From a virus, in IMG/VR virus record IMGVR_UViG_3300029922_000014, positions 1 to 64,000 of that record: a stretch of 64,000 nt of DNA; one strand, 5' to 3'. Below the pieces are notes generated by a model, which made no database searches, had not been told where the DNA came from, and saw only the letters and a program-made list of their open reading frames with translations. Positions 8,525 through 17,318 of the stretch are shown here, piece after piece. Position 1 is the stretch's first letter. Each line of letters starts with the position of its first letter. The position numbers and the translations under genes are program-made.

Positions 8525-9817
8525 CTAAAGGATATAATCGAGGAGATCAACGGAAACCTCCGCGTCATTCAAGAATACTTCCTCAGTCGCACCGATGATG
8601 GCGATGATCGAAGCGCCAGCACTGCCGTTTATGGTCGCGCTGCCGCTGACGATGGTTCCGGTCACCGTTTCGATGACGACCGCGACCACTACGAGAGCGG
8701 CGGGTTGCGCGGAAAGCGTTCCTGCCCCGGTCTCTTCAACCGCGCCGACACCTGCCATCGACGCCGCCCGCGCCTGAATTGTTCCGGCAACCACGACCGC
8801 GTCTGTCGCTGAACCTGCCATGGTTGCTGGCCGGGACAGGATGTTTCCGGTGCAGGTTTCTACAACCGCTGCGGTTCCTGCTATCGCGGCGGAGCCGCTG
8901 ATGAGCGTTCCTGCGCCTGTTTGCACCACGTGAATCGAACTGGTCCACGAAGCGCCTTGCGCGCTCAGCGTGCCAGAGGAGCGTTCCTGGACGTGCCCGA
9001 TTCCGGCAACTGCCGCTGCTTGGGCGACGATGGTTCCGGTCACGGTTTCGATGACGTGCCCTGAACCGGTTGTGGTTGCTGGCTGCGCCTGGAAATTACC
9101 GGACACCGCACGGGAGGCCTGTCCAGAACCTGCCATCGTGGCGGAGCCACTGACGATGGTACCGGTCACCTTTTCCGTGATGTGCCCGGTACCCGCCGTG
9201 GTGGCGTGCTGCCCGTTGAGACTTCCCGTGATGCCAGCATCGCGCAGGACAATGCCGACAACGGTTGCTGCCTGGGCGACGATGGTGCCAGTAACCGTTT
9301 CAACCGTCTTGCCTGCGCCTGCGACAGTGGCTGCGGTGGCGGTAAGGGATCCAGAACCTGATTCGTGCACAGAGGCTGTTGCAGCCATCGAAGCATTCTG
9401 GGCTGTCAGCACCCCAGTTGCAGTTTCAATGAGCCTTCCTGAGCCTGCCACAGCCCCTGATTGGGCTTGAATCGTGCCAGTGGTCTTCTCGTTGACGATG
9501 CCGATGCCAGCCACCGTCGCGGATTGGGCGGCAATGGTTCCCGTGACCGTTTCAACCGTCTTGCCCGTACCTGCGGCGGTTGCGGACTGTGCGGTAAGCG
9601 TACCGGAGCCGCGTTCGTTGACGGCGATGACAGCCGACATCGTCGCGGATTGCGCGGTGATGACACCGGCCGGGACAACGTCCAGGGTCGTGCCGTTGAC
9701 GACCGACGGAGAGCCGTTGAGCCAGTAGCGGAATCCGCCGGGGGACTGCCGGGTGGTTCCGACCGTCGGAAGGCCGCCAACCCAGTATTTGAACCCGCCC
9801 GTATCGAGAGCGCTCAT
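8525..9817 (-). CDS. fibre protein built of ~21-aa repeats (GTI.AQ.AT.AG.G.V.E..T)
   Basis: About 17-18 tandem repeats visible in the translation. Confidence 0.75.
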   Translation of the reverse strand: MSALDTGGFKYWVGGLPTVGTTRQSPGGFRYWLNGSPSVVNGTTLDVVPAGVITAQSATMSAVIAVNERGSGTLTAQSATAAGTGKTVETVTGTIAAQSATVAGIGIVNEKTTGTIQAQSGAVAGSGRLIETATGVLTAQNASMAATASVHESGSGSLTATAATVAGAGKTVETVTGTIVAQAATVVGIVLRDAGITGSLNGQHATTAGTGHITEKVTGTIVSGSATMAGSGQASRAVSGNFQAQPATTTGSGHVIETVTGTIVAQAAAVAGIGHVQERSSGTLSAQGASWTSSIHVVQTGAGTLISGSAAIAGTAAVVETCTGNILSRPATMAGSATDAVVVAGTIQARAASMAGVGAVEETGAGTLSAQPAALVVVAVVIETVTGTIVSGSATINGSAGASIIAIIGATEEVFLNDAEVSVDLLDYIL

Positions 9818-9827
9818 CGGCGTCTCC

Positions 9828-12350
9828 TTACGACGGGATCAGGTCGTCGACGTTGATCCAACCAGCGGTACCGTTACAGACGACGGCGATGGTGATGACG
9901 CCGTCGTCTGTGGGTGAGCTTGTGGTGAAGCTGATGGTCTGTCCGGTGCCCGCGACGCCTGACCATGTGGCGAGGACGCTGTCGGTGGTGATGCCGAGAG
10001 CAATGTTGGCCTTCTGAACGATGGTCGGCGCCGATCCGTTGTAGGCTGCGCCGTCCCCGACCACGGACGTGCGGATCCACAACGTGCAGGTGACCGCAGC
10101 GCCGCTGTTGCAGCGCAGGCTGAGCAGGTTGACGGAGAAGCTGCCGACGGTCGCGCTGAGCGGGGTCAGGCGCGCGGCCGGGGATGAGGCGCCGAAGATG
10201 GCGGTATCGTAGGTCACGGTGCCGCCCGCGAAGTGCGTGCGGTGGCTGGCGGCGGTCTGCTTCCAGGCTTGATGCCCGAGGAAGCTCGCCGGGGTCATGA
10301 AGGCCTGACCGACGACCTCGACGCCGGTCGAGGCAAGGTTGCAGTCCAGGAACACGGCCTGGATGTCTGAGTTGCCGCCACTGGCGTAGATGCTCACGTC
10401 AGCGGTAGTGTGTGCGGTGCCGACCCCGAGTGTGCAGCCGATGAAGGTACAGTTCATCACGGGGAACCCTGGGTAGAACTGGAACCCGATGGGCTGCGCG
10501 AACGTACTGTCGCCAGCGAACACGCAGTTCAAGAACGTGGAGTTCACGATGGCGCCAGTGGAGGATGTCAGGCTGCCTAGAGTGCCGCCCGCGACGGAGC
10601 ATCCGACAGCCGTCAAAGTCCAGGTGACTCCGCTGATAATCCCGGCAGAAAACACAGTAAACCCTATGAGGCAGCGGCGCGAAACCGCAGTTATGGTTTG
10701 CGCGGCACCAGTGACTGCTGTGAGGATAGGGGCCACGAACGCCCATCCTCTGCTTCCGCAGGCGTGAGCGAGGTTGTTGCTCATGGTCAGGCTGGTGCTG
10801 CCGATGGCCACGTTGAAGCCGATCGCGCCAACTGTCATCGTGTTACCGGACAATGTCCCGATCCACACCCCGACATTTATGCCGTTCCCCGTGGTCAGGC
10901 TGCCGCCAGCGCTGATGTTGTTCGTTATGGTGATGCCAGTGACAGCCGAAGTGGTGAGCACCGAGATGAGATAGGCAGTCGACTTGAAGTTATAGAAGTT
11001 GTTCGAGTCGATCGTCAGGTTGTCGATTGTAGCCGAGCTAGTGACAATGCCGTTGGCGTTGGCGACGTTGATCGTGTCGTGGAATGAGCAGTACTGAATC
11101 GTCTTCGTGCCGGTGCTGCTGTTCGTGATCGCAAAGATGTTGATTGACGTGCTGCCGCCGAGCGCGGTGAACTCACAGTATTGGAAGGTGAACGGCGCGG
11201 TTGTCCCGTTGGTCTGAATATACCCGCCATTGGTCGCGTTTCCGCTGATCACAATCGAGCGGTTGAGCTTGATGACCTCGGCTTGGTTCGGGCTGGTGCC
11301 ACTGTGCGCGTTGGTCACCGCAGCGAAGCCCAGAGAGGTTCCGGAGATGGACGTCAGCGTGACCTTCTCTCCGTGAGAGTAGGTCTGGTCGGTGGCGTTG
11401 ATGGCGAGGACGTCACCAACCGCCCACCCGGTGGAAATGTTCGTGGTGGCAGCAGTTCCACTGGCAGAGAGATCCGCCGCCAGGAGCGCGCTGACGTTGG
11501 TGACCGTGTTCCCGACCATGTTGAACGCGGCCTGCCCCGTCAGGATGAGACCGTAGTTCGTTGCGGTGAGGGTGCCAGTGCCCTGCACAGTACCGGTCGA
11601 TGCGAGGTTGATCGCAAAGGCGCTGGTCGAGGCGAAGGAGTTGAAGTTCCACGTGGCGTTGCCCATGACCTCGATGTTGCCTGCACAGGTCATGACGTAG
11701 GCGGTCGAGGCTGTGGTCTGGTTCTGAAGCGTGCCACCGTGGCAGACCGCGATGGCGGTGGCGGAGATGGTGGACGGGCTGCCCCACGAGGTGTTCGCGG
11801 TTATATCGTAGGTCACGGTCCTGGTGGTCATCGTGGCCGCCGCCGTGCACTCTCCAGCCACGAGGAGGGTGTCCCCTGCGACGGGGGCGACGCCAGTGGT
11901 GGTGGTGCGTAGGTATCTGGACCAGTTATTGCCCGTGGCATTGCGGTAGGCGCTGATCTGGGAGGCTACGGATACGGAAAGTCTGACGACGTAATTCGTT
12001 GCGGCCAACAGGGTGTGGCTCGACGCGAACTTAAAGAAGACCCAGCCGTAGCGGAGTCCGGGAACGGTGATGTCGCTGACGTTTATGGTCACCGTGGCGA
12101 CACTGACGCTACTGGTGGAGTTGTACAGTTCGGCCGTGATGGTGCCACTGGGGCTCGCTGCACGGCTTAAGAACTTCACCGCGATCCCGTCTACCGTGAT
12201 GGCTCCGGGCTGGAACGTGGATGACGCGACCGGTGATGTCGTCAGGACCGTGGACGCAGCCTCAGAATCCAGGAACGACGTGCCATCCACAGCGGCCCAG
12301 GTGGCACCGGCGGAAAAGTTCCCATTGGCTGCGGCGGCGTAGATGGCCAT
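9828..12350 (-). CDS. large beta-helix-like tail spike/fibre protein
   Basis: Asn-ladder pattern (TIDSNNF, ITNNIS, LSGNTM, MSNNLA); Thr/Ser/Gly-rich. Confidence 0.7.
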   Translation of the reverse strand: MAIYAAAANGNFSAGATWAAVDGTSFLDSEAASTVLTTSPVASSTFQPGAITVDGIAVKFLSRAASPSGTITAELYNSTSSVSVATVTINVSDITVPGLRYGWVFFKFASSHTLLAATNYVVRLSVSVASQISAYRNATGNNWSRYLRTTTTGVAPVAGDTLLVAGECTAAATMTTRTVTYDITANTSWGSPSTISATAIAVCHGGTLQNQTTASTAYVMTCAGNIEVMGNATWNFNSFASTSAFAINLASTGTVQGTGTLTATNYGLILTGQAAFNMVGNTVTNVSALLAADLSASGTAATTNISTGWAVGDVLAINATDQTYSHGEKVTLTSISGTSLGFAAVTNAHSGTSPNQAEVIKLNRSIVISGNATNGGYIQTNGTTAPFTFQYCEFTALGGSTSINIFAITNSSTGTKTIQYCSFHDTINVANANGIVTSSATIDNLTIDSNNFYNFKSTAYLISVLTTSAVTGITITNNISAGGSLTTGNGINVGVWIGTLSGNTMTVGAIGFNVAIGSTSLTMSNNLAHACGSRGWAFVAPILTAVTGAAQTITAVSRRCLIGFTVFSAGIISGVTWTLTAVGCSVAGGTLGSLTSSTGAIVNSTFLNCVFAGDSTFAQPIGFQFYPGFPVMNCTFIGCTLGVGTAHTTADVSIYASGGNSDIQAVFLDCNLASTGVEVVGQAFMTPASFLGHQAWKQTAASHRTHFAGGTVTYDTAIFGASSPAARLTPLSATVGSFSVNLLSLRCNSGAAVTCTLWIRTSVVGDGAAYNGSAPTIVQKANIALGITTDSVLATWSGVAGTGQTISFTTSSPTDDGVITIAVVCNGTAGWINVDDLIPS

Positions 12351-12691
12351 CAGTCACCCTGATCGGTGGTGTCGCCGCTGTCATCGGGCACGACGGGCGG
12401 CGGGGGAGGAACGGCTTGGTCGGGGTTGGCGCGGGCGAACTCGGCCAGCGCCAGGATCGCTGCGACCATGGCGCTGTTGGCTGCGGCTGGACCTTGGTTG
12501 GCCAGGATGCCGGCGTCGAGGGAGGGCATGTTGTAGGCGACCCAGGCGACCTCGACATCCGACGGCGCGTTGGCGTCCGCGCGGGCGAGGGCAGCCGCGG
12601 CGAGGATGACCGTGATGACCGCCTCACGCCCGCTGACCGCGGTGGACAGGAGCGCAGAAGTTCCGGCTGCAATCTCCGCGGGAGTTCCCAC
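12350..12691 (-). CDS. small fibre-associated hypothetical protein
   Basis: Coupled TGATG overlap. Confidence 0.6.
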   Translation of the reverse strand: MGTPAEIAAGTSALLSTAVSGREAVITVILAAAALARADANAPSDVEVAWVAYNMPSLDAGILANQGPAAANSAMVAAILALAEFARANPDQAVPPPPPVVPDDSGDTTDQGD

Positions 12692-12696
12692 GGTAA

Positions 12697-13068
12697 TTAC
12701 GGCATCGCGTTGTAGACGAGCGAGGTCACGGACACGGTATCGCCCGAGGTGATGACGTTCGAGGACATGTTGATGTCACCGCCGGAGCCATTTCCAACGG
12801 AGCCGGTGATGACCAAGGCTGCCGCGTTGTTCTGCAACTGGAACACCGTCGCGGTTCCGGTTCCGGTAGCCGTGGCATTCGTGATGGCGTTGAAGGTCGA
12901 GGAACCGCTGGAAGCACCCGGCGCTGCGGTGGCGGAGAGCGCCAGCGTCGCCAGCACGCTCAAACCAGTGGTCATGAAGACCAGGGATCCGGCACCGCCG
13001 ACGTTTAGCAGGGCCAAAACGGCGTTTGCGGCGGCATTGCGGGCTGCGGTGCTGTGCGTGACGGCCAT
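12697..13068 (-). CDS. small virion structural protein
   Basis: S.AARNAAA...GTGTAT.F...G.VG...DI pattern typical of phage fibre/head accessory proteins. Confidence 0.65.
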   Translation of the reverse strand: MAVTHSTAARNAAANAVLALLNVGGAGSLVFMTTGLSVLATLALSATAAPGASSGSSTFNAITNATATGTGTATVFQLQNNAAALVITGSVGNGSGGDINMSSNVITSGDTVSVTSLVYNAMP

Positions 13069-13071
13069 GGG

Positions 13072-14058
13072 TTATCCGATCTTGAAACCAGGGGGGAGGC
13101 GGAGGATTGACACGATGTCAGTCCGTGTGAGCGGTCCGAACGTGGTGGGGTTGATCACCTGGAAGCCAACCAAGAGGGGCAGGATGTAGCTTTCCGGGGG
13201 TGCCGGATCGCCATCGACTGCGGGCTTCTGGCCAACGATATTCAAGGTGGTCTTCGGGAGCAGCCCGACTGTCCCTGCCTGGATCGCATCAGCGACGGTT
13301 GGGATGATCTCGGCATTGAGCATCAGGCGCCCGGATGCGTCGATGGAGCAGGCAGTGGTGGTGTGGCCACAACCATCCACAGGCTTGCCGTCAACCGACC
13401 ACGTTGCGGCGATCGGGAACTCCTGCTTCTTGAGTTGACTCAGGAGCATGCCCACCACATCAGCGGCCCACACCACACCAAGCACGCTGGGCTTGTCGGC
13501 CACGATCACGGTGGGAAGGTTTCCGGTGAAGAGCGCGAAGCTGCCAGCCACACGCGGATTGGTGATCGCCTTCGGCAGATTGGCCGCCGCTACGGGGTCG
13601 AGGGTGGCCACCAAGGAGCCGTCGGCGGCGATGTCGCTAGGCTTGAGCAACAGCAGAGCGCTGACGCTGGGGTCCTCTTGATTCCAGACCACGACCAACG
13701 AGACGAAGTACGCGCCTGCTTCGATCTGCTTGATCAGTCCGGCCGAGGTGGAGATGGTCGCGCGCAGGGTACCGTCGAAGGTGGCGGTCACCGGAACCAC
13801 GGTTCCCACTTCGGTGGTGTGCGGATTGCCCTTGGTGCTGTCGGCGGCGTCGTAGTGCTTGAGGGGGATGTGGCCGGCGTTCAGGCTGGCGGCAAAGCTG
13901 ACGAAGTTGGCGGCGGTCAGGGCACGACCAGCGATCACGTCACCCGGTTTGGTACGAACGGTGATGACGGTGGTTCCGCGAGGACTGGTAACGCTCCCCT
14001 GCCCTGACCATTTGCCAGGGGGGAGCGCTTGCGGAGTGACGAGGGAGATGGTGGACAT
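13072..14058 (-). CDS. hypothetical protein with internal duplication (possible degenerate prohead-protease fold)
   Basis: AAGGAG RBS; two similar halves. Confidence 0.6.
   Translation of the reverse strand: MSTISLVTPQALPPGKWSGQGSVTSPRGTTVITVRTKPGDVIAGRALTAANFVSFAASLNAGHIPLKHYDAADSTKGNPHTTEVGTVVPVTATFDGTLRATISTSAGLIKQIEAGAYFVSLVVVWNQEDPSVSALLLLKPSDIAADGSLVATLDPVAAANLPKAITNPRVAGSFALFTGNLPTVIVADKPSVLGVVWAADVVGMLLSQLKKQEFPIAATWSVDGKPVDGCGHTTTACSIDASGRLMLNAEIIPTVADAIQAGTVGLLPKTTLNIVGQKPAVDGDPAPPESYILPLLVGFQVINPTTFGPLTRTDIVSILRLPPGFKIG
13105..13122. promoter_or_regulatory. Dispersed palindrome (in CDS, encodes TDIVSI)
   Basis: GATTGACACGATGTCAGT. Confidence 0.85.
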
Positions 14059-14096
14059 GGGCGTCTCCTTGAAGTCTGGATGACGCTGAGGAAGCG

Positions 14097-14930
14097 TCAA
14101 CCTGGACGGGGAGTTACCATGCGCGCCGACTGTTCTTCAACAAGCTGACGCATGCGTGTCCTTGTCGTCGTTGCAGCACGCACCGCCGATACCTCGTGCG
14201 CGTCTAGAGGCACAATGGAAGCAGCGGTCGTGGCAAAATGGTCCTTGATGACGTTCTCTATCCCCAGGGCGCATTCTTCAATACGATCACGCAGGTTGCT
14301 GTGCTCACTGTAGTAGGGTTCGATGGTCGCCCACAGCCGGTCGCAAAGAACGAAGCGTTCACCTTGGTCAGGATAGGTCTCGAAGAAAAGGTCAGGGTCG
14401 AATGCGAGAGGAAAGGAGCGCAGTTGTTCGCGCATGTCGAACAGCGTAGCGCCGATCACAGTGCGCACCTTGTTGGCAATGTATGTTTCGCGTGAGGCAT
14501 AATTGTTCGCGGTCAGGGAACGATCAGCGATGGCAATCACCTGCTGCGCCAGCGTTTCGGTAAGGTGCATGCGCATCATGCGCAGTGACACGTTGCGATC
14601 CATCTGTCCGTTGGTGCGCTGAACCAGAACTCCGATCGACGAGGCCAGACGGTCGAGGGCGGCATTGGTCTGCTTCGAGTTCAGGTCTTCCTGTTCTGTG
14701 TGCTTGTACAGCGAAACCGCGAGATTATTCATGCTCTGGGTGTAGCTGTCCGCGCGTACGATCTTCGCAGCTTCAGCAGCGGCGGCGCGCTTTCCAGCAA
14801 TGTACCGCGTCACCAACAGATAGCCGATGATGACGCAGGTCATGAAGGCGATGAACGCCATCACATCGAAACGCAACGAGTTGATGACTTCGAGGAGTTT
14901 GCCAGCTTCGTCGGGTGTTGGGGCATCCAT
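14097..14930 (-). CDS. single-TM membrane protein with large C-terminal domain (possible holin-like)
   Basis: N-terminal TM VMAFIAFMTCVIIGYLLV; follows the fibre gene; function is inferred. Confidence 0.5.
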   Translation of the reverse strand: MDAPTPDEAGKLLEVINSLRFDVMAFIAFMTCVIIGYLLVTRYIAGKRAAAAEAAKIVRADSYTQSMNNLAVSLYKHTEQEDLNSKQTNAALDRLASSIGVLVQRTNGQMDRNVSLRMMRMHLTETLAQQVIAIADRSLTANNYASRETYIANKVRTVIGATLFDMREQLRSFPLAFDPDLFFETYPDQGERFVLCDRLWATIEPYYSEHSNLRDRIEECALGIENVIKDHFATTAASIVPLDAHEVSAVRAATTTRTRMRQLVEEQSARMVTPRPG

Positions 14931-14945
14931 GCAATGCTCCTGGGA

Positions 14946-16508
14946 TTAGAGGGAGTAAGAGACGAGAACCCACATCGCTTGTGGGACAAAAGACGGAATG
15001 CCGGATCCAGGTGGATTGGCGGGCGCGCTGGTTCGCACCGCAATGAAAACAAGACGGAGGAAACCCCCAGTTGCCACAATGTTTGCCGGCTGATGCCCAG
15101 AGAAAAGAGTGTAGACGTTTGGGGCAGGCGTCGGGTTATACGGAGGAGCGCTGCTGGAATCTCCACCGACCGCCAGTGTGAATTGTGTAGGCGTGGGGAT
15201 GCCGCCGTTATTGAAAATCTCGACAATCAGCGTTTGCCCTGGGATTGGGGGGAGATCCGGAGCGACCAGACCAATCGTCTGTGTGCTAAGAACGGCAATC
15301 GTACCAGAAGAGTATATGACAGCGTACGGATTCGTGTCACCTACCGGCTTCACGTAACCGGAGGTAACGATGGCAGCATGCGACACCGCCACCGTCGCCA
15401 AAGCAGCCTCAGCCGCTTCAGCGCGCGTGGTTTCGGCCGTAATGGCTGCGCTCAGCGCCGTATCGTTCGTAGCCCGCGTGGTTGCTTCGGTGTTAATGTT
15501 GTTCTGAAGCGTGTTGTCAGCAGCAATCCGCGAAACAGCTTCGTTAGTATCCGCAGTCGCACGTGCGTTCGCTTCAGCAGTGATCGCCGCAGCATTCGCC
15601 GTGCACTGACCTTGGAGGTTCGACGCGCCAGCACCTTCCGCAGCTTCAGCGCGCGTGGTCTCCGCGGTGAGGTTGGATGCAATCGTGCCTTCCGCTGTGG
15701 TGGCGCGGGAGGTTTCAGCAGTGATCGCCGCAGCATTCGCCGTGCACTGACCTTGGAGGTTCGCTGCCCCGGTACCCTCTGCCGCCCTGGCACGGGCCAC
15801 TTCAGCGGCAAGGTTGGAGGTCAGCGTGGCTTCGGCAGCTTCAGCGCGCGTGGTCTCCGCGGCCACTGAACCGCTGATCGAAGCCTCGGCTGCTTCAGCG
15901 CGGGTGGTCTCAGCGTCGACATATTCACGCGTCGCACCCTGCCACTTTGCGAGATCCCACACGGAGTAGTAGGCGGGGTTGGTTGGGTCCTGATTCAGGC
16001 TGGCGACGGTGAGGCAGATGTACACCTGCGAATCACTGGCAGTGACGAAGTCACCGATGGTGTACGTGTTGAGGTTTGACCATGCTCCGCGCGCGGTCGT
16101 CTTCGCGTACATGTTGAGATTGCGGATGTGTCCAAGACCGACAATTTGCGGTCCACCGACCGGAGAGTTCATGGCGAGGTCACCGACCATGCCGGGTGTG
16201 GTCGTGGTCACGCCATCGGGCTGATACGGCGCGCTGCCATCACGGCGCAGGAAGGTGGTATCCAAACGGTCCAGCAGATACGCCATCGCGCCGATATAGT
16301 TCAACAGCGTCAACGTGCGCTTTTCGATCGACTGCTGCGGGGAGTTGGTCGGCTTCGGACCAACGCGATCGGTAGTGACAATCCGACGCACCCCCGGAAT
16401 CGGCGTCGGCGGCAGGTCGAGGTTGCTGGAATCCGGCGCAGGGACAGTCGCACCAGGAGTGGTGAAGACCTGACCAGAAGCGAACGGCGTATTGGGGAGA
16501 TTCGCCAT
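14946..16508 (-). CDS. tail fibre with coiled-coil repeats and CBM5/12-like module
   Basis: AETTRAEAAE repeats with near-identical DNA (15400..15910); RGAWS...Y..GD.V...Y...W module. Confidence 0.75.
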   Translation of the reverse strand: MANLPNTPFASGQVFTTPGATVPAPDSSNLDLPPTPIPGVRRIVTTDRVGPKPTNSPQQSIEKRTLTLLNYIGAMAYLLDRLDTTFLRRDGSAPYQPDGVTTTTPGMVGDLAMNSPVGGPQIVGLGHIRNLNMYAKTTARGAWSNLNTYTIGDFVTASDSQVYICLTVASLNQDPTNPAYYSVWDLAKWQGATREYVDAETTRAEAAEASISGSVAAETTRAEAAEATLTSNLAAEVARARAAEGTGAANLQGQCTANAAAITAETSRATTAEGTIASNLTAETTRAEAAEGAGASNLQGQCTANAAAITAEANARATADTNEAVSRIAADNTLQNNINTEATTRATNDTALSAAITAETTRAEAAEAALATVAVSHAAIVTSGYVKPVGDTNPYAVIYSSGTIAVLSTQTIGLVAPDLPPIPGQTLIVEIFNNGGIPTPTQFTLAVGGDSSSAPPYNPTPAPNVYTLFSGHQPANIVATGGFLRLVFIAVRTSAPANPPGSGIPSFVPQAMWVLVSYSL

Positions 16509-16517
16509 GTTCGGTCC

Positions 16518-17210
16518 TTACGACGCCAGAAGCGCCCAGTACGTGGGGCTGGAAGATGGAATCTGCCCGGTGTTGGCAACGATTGCGACATAGATGCCAC
16601 CTGCATACGTGACGTAGTCGGTGGCGATGTACGCGGTCCCGCTCCCCCAGGCTCCCTTGTTTGCGCCGCTAACGCGCTGCGTCGGGCGCAGCGCAAGCGT
16701 GTGAACGGCCTGGAGACCGAGATCAGATGACTTGAGAAAGTTGCAGGTGATCTTCGCCAAAGGGAACCCATTTGCGAGCATCACGGCTTCTTCGAGGATG
16801 GTGTACCCGACGAAGTCGAGAGGCGGCAGCAAACCGTTGACACTGATCGAATAGGCGTCCGGATACCCAAAGAACACCGCTGGTTGGTACAGCAAGACTG
16901 AGACCCCAGTCGTGTCGGCCGGTGCAGGGGCTGGCGGAACATACGGAACCAGAGCACCACCGATCTGCATCGACTTGACCGTCAGTTCAGAAAGGGTCGA
17001 TATGCCTTGTGAGCCAATCGTGGGGCTGCCTCCGAGATTGCCGATGAAACGCGAAAACACTGAGAGTCCGATGTTGACGATGAGGTTGTGGTGATGGTAG
17101 CGGCGTGTGGCAAATCCACGTTTCACCGCCCAAGCCATCTCATCTTCGAGAAGCACATCGGTGATAGCAGGATCCAGTTCGTATAGCTCGAACGTTCCGT
17201 GAAGCGACAT
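16518..17210 (-). CDS. baseplate/fibre-attachment protein with C-terminal CBM5/12-like module
   Basis: HNLIVNIGL motif; KGAWGSGTAY...YWAL. Confidence 0.65.
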   Translation of the reverse strand: MSLHGTFELYELDPAITDVLLEDEMAWAVKRGFATRRYHHHNLIVNIGLSVFSRFIGNLGGSPTIGSQGISTLSELTVKSMQIGGALVPYVPPAPAPADTTGVSVLLYQPAVFFGYPDAYSISVNGLLPPLDFVGYTILEEAVMLANGFPLAKITCNFLKSSDLGLQAVHTLALRPTQRVSGANKGAWGSGTAYIATDYVTYAGGIYVAIVANTGQIPSSSPTYWALLAS

Positions 17211-17287
17211 GGATTCGTGCATGCTGCGAGCATGGGCAAACACCGGCAGTCCGCAACGGATCCCGAGGTTTGGACTCAGTCCAGACA

Positions 17288-17305
17288 ACTGACATCGTGT
17301 CAATC
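17288..17305. promoter_or_regulatory. Dispersed palindrome (intergenic)
   Basis: ACTGACATCGTGTCAATC. Confidence 0.85.
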
Positions 17306-17318
17306 ACCAAAAGAGCGT

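Noticed and set aside
15400-15910. Near-identical DNA repeats in the fibre gene as a DGR template/variable pair
   Set aside because: In-frame coiled-coil repeats, no adenine-specific mismatch pattern noticed, no reverse transcriptase in the window
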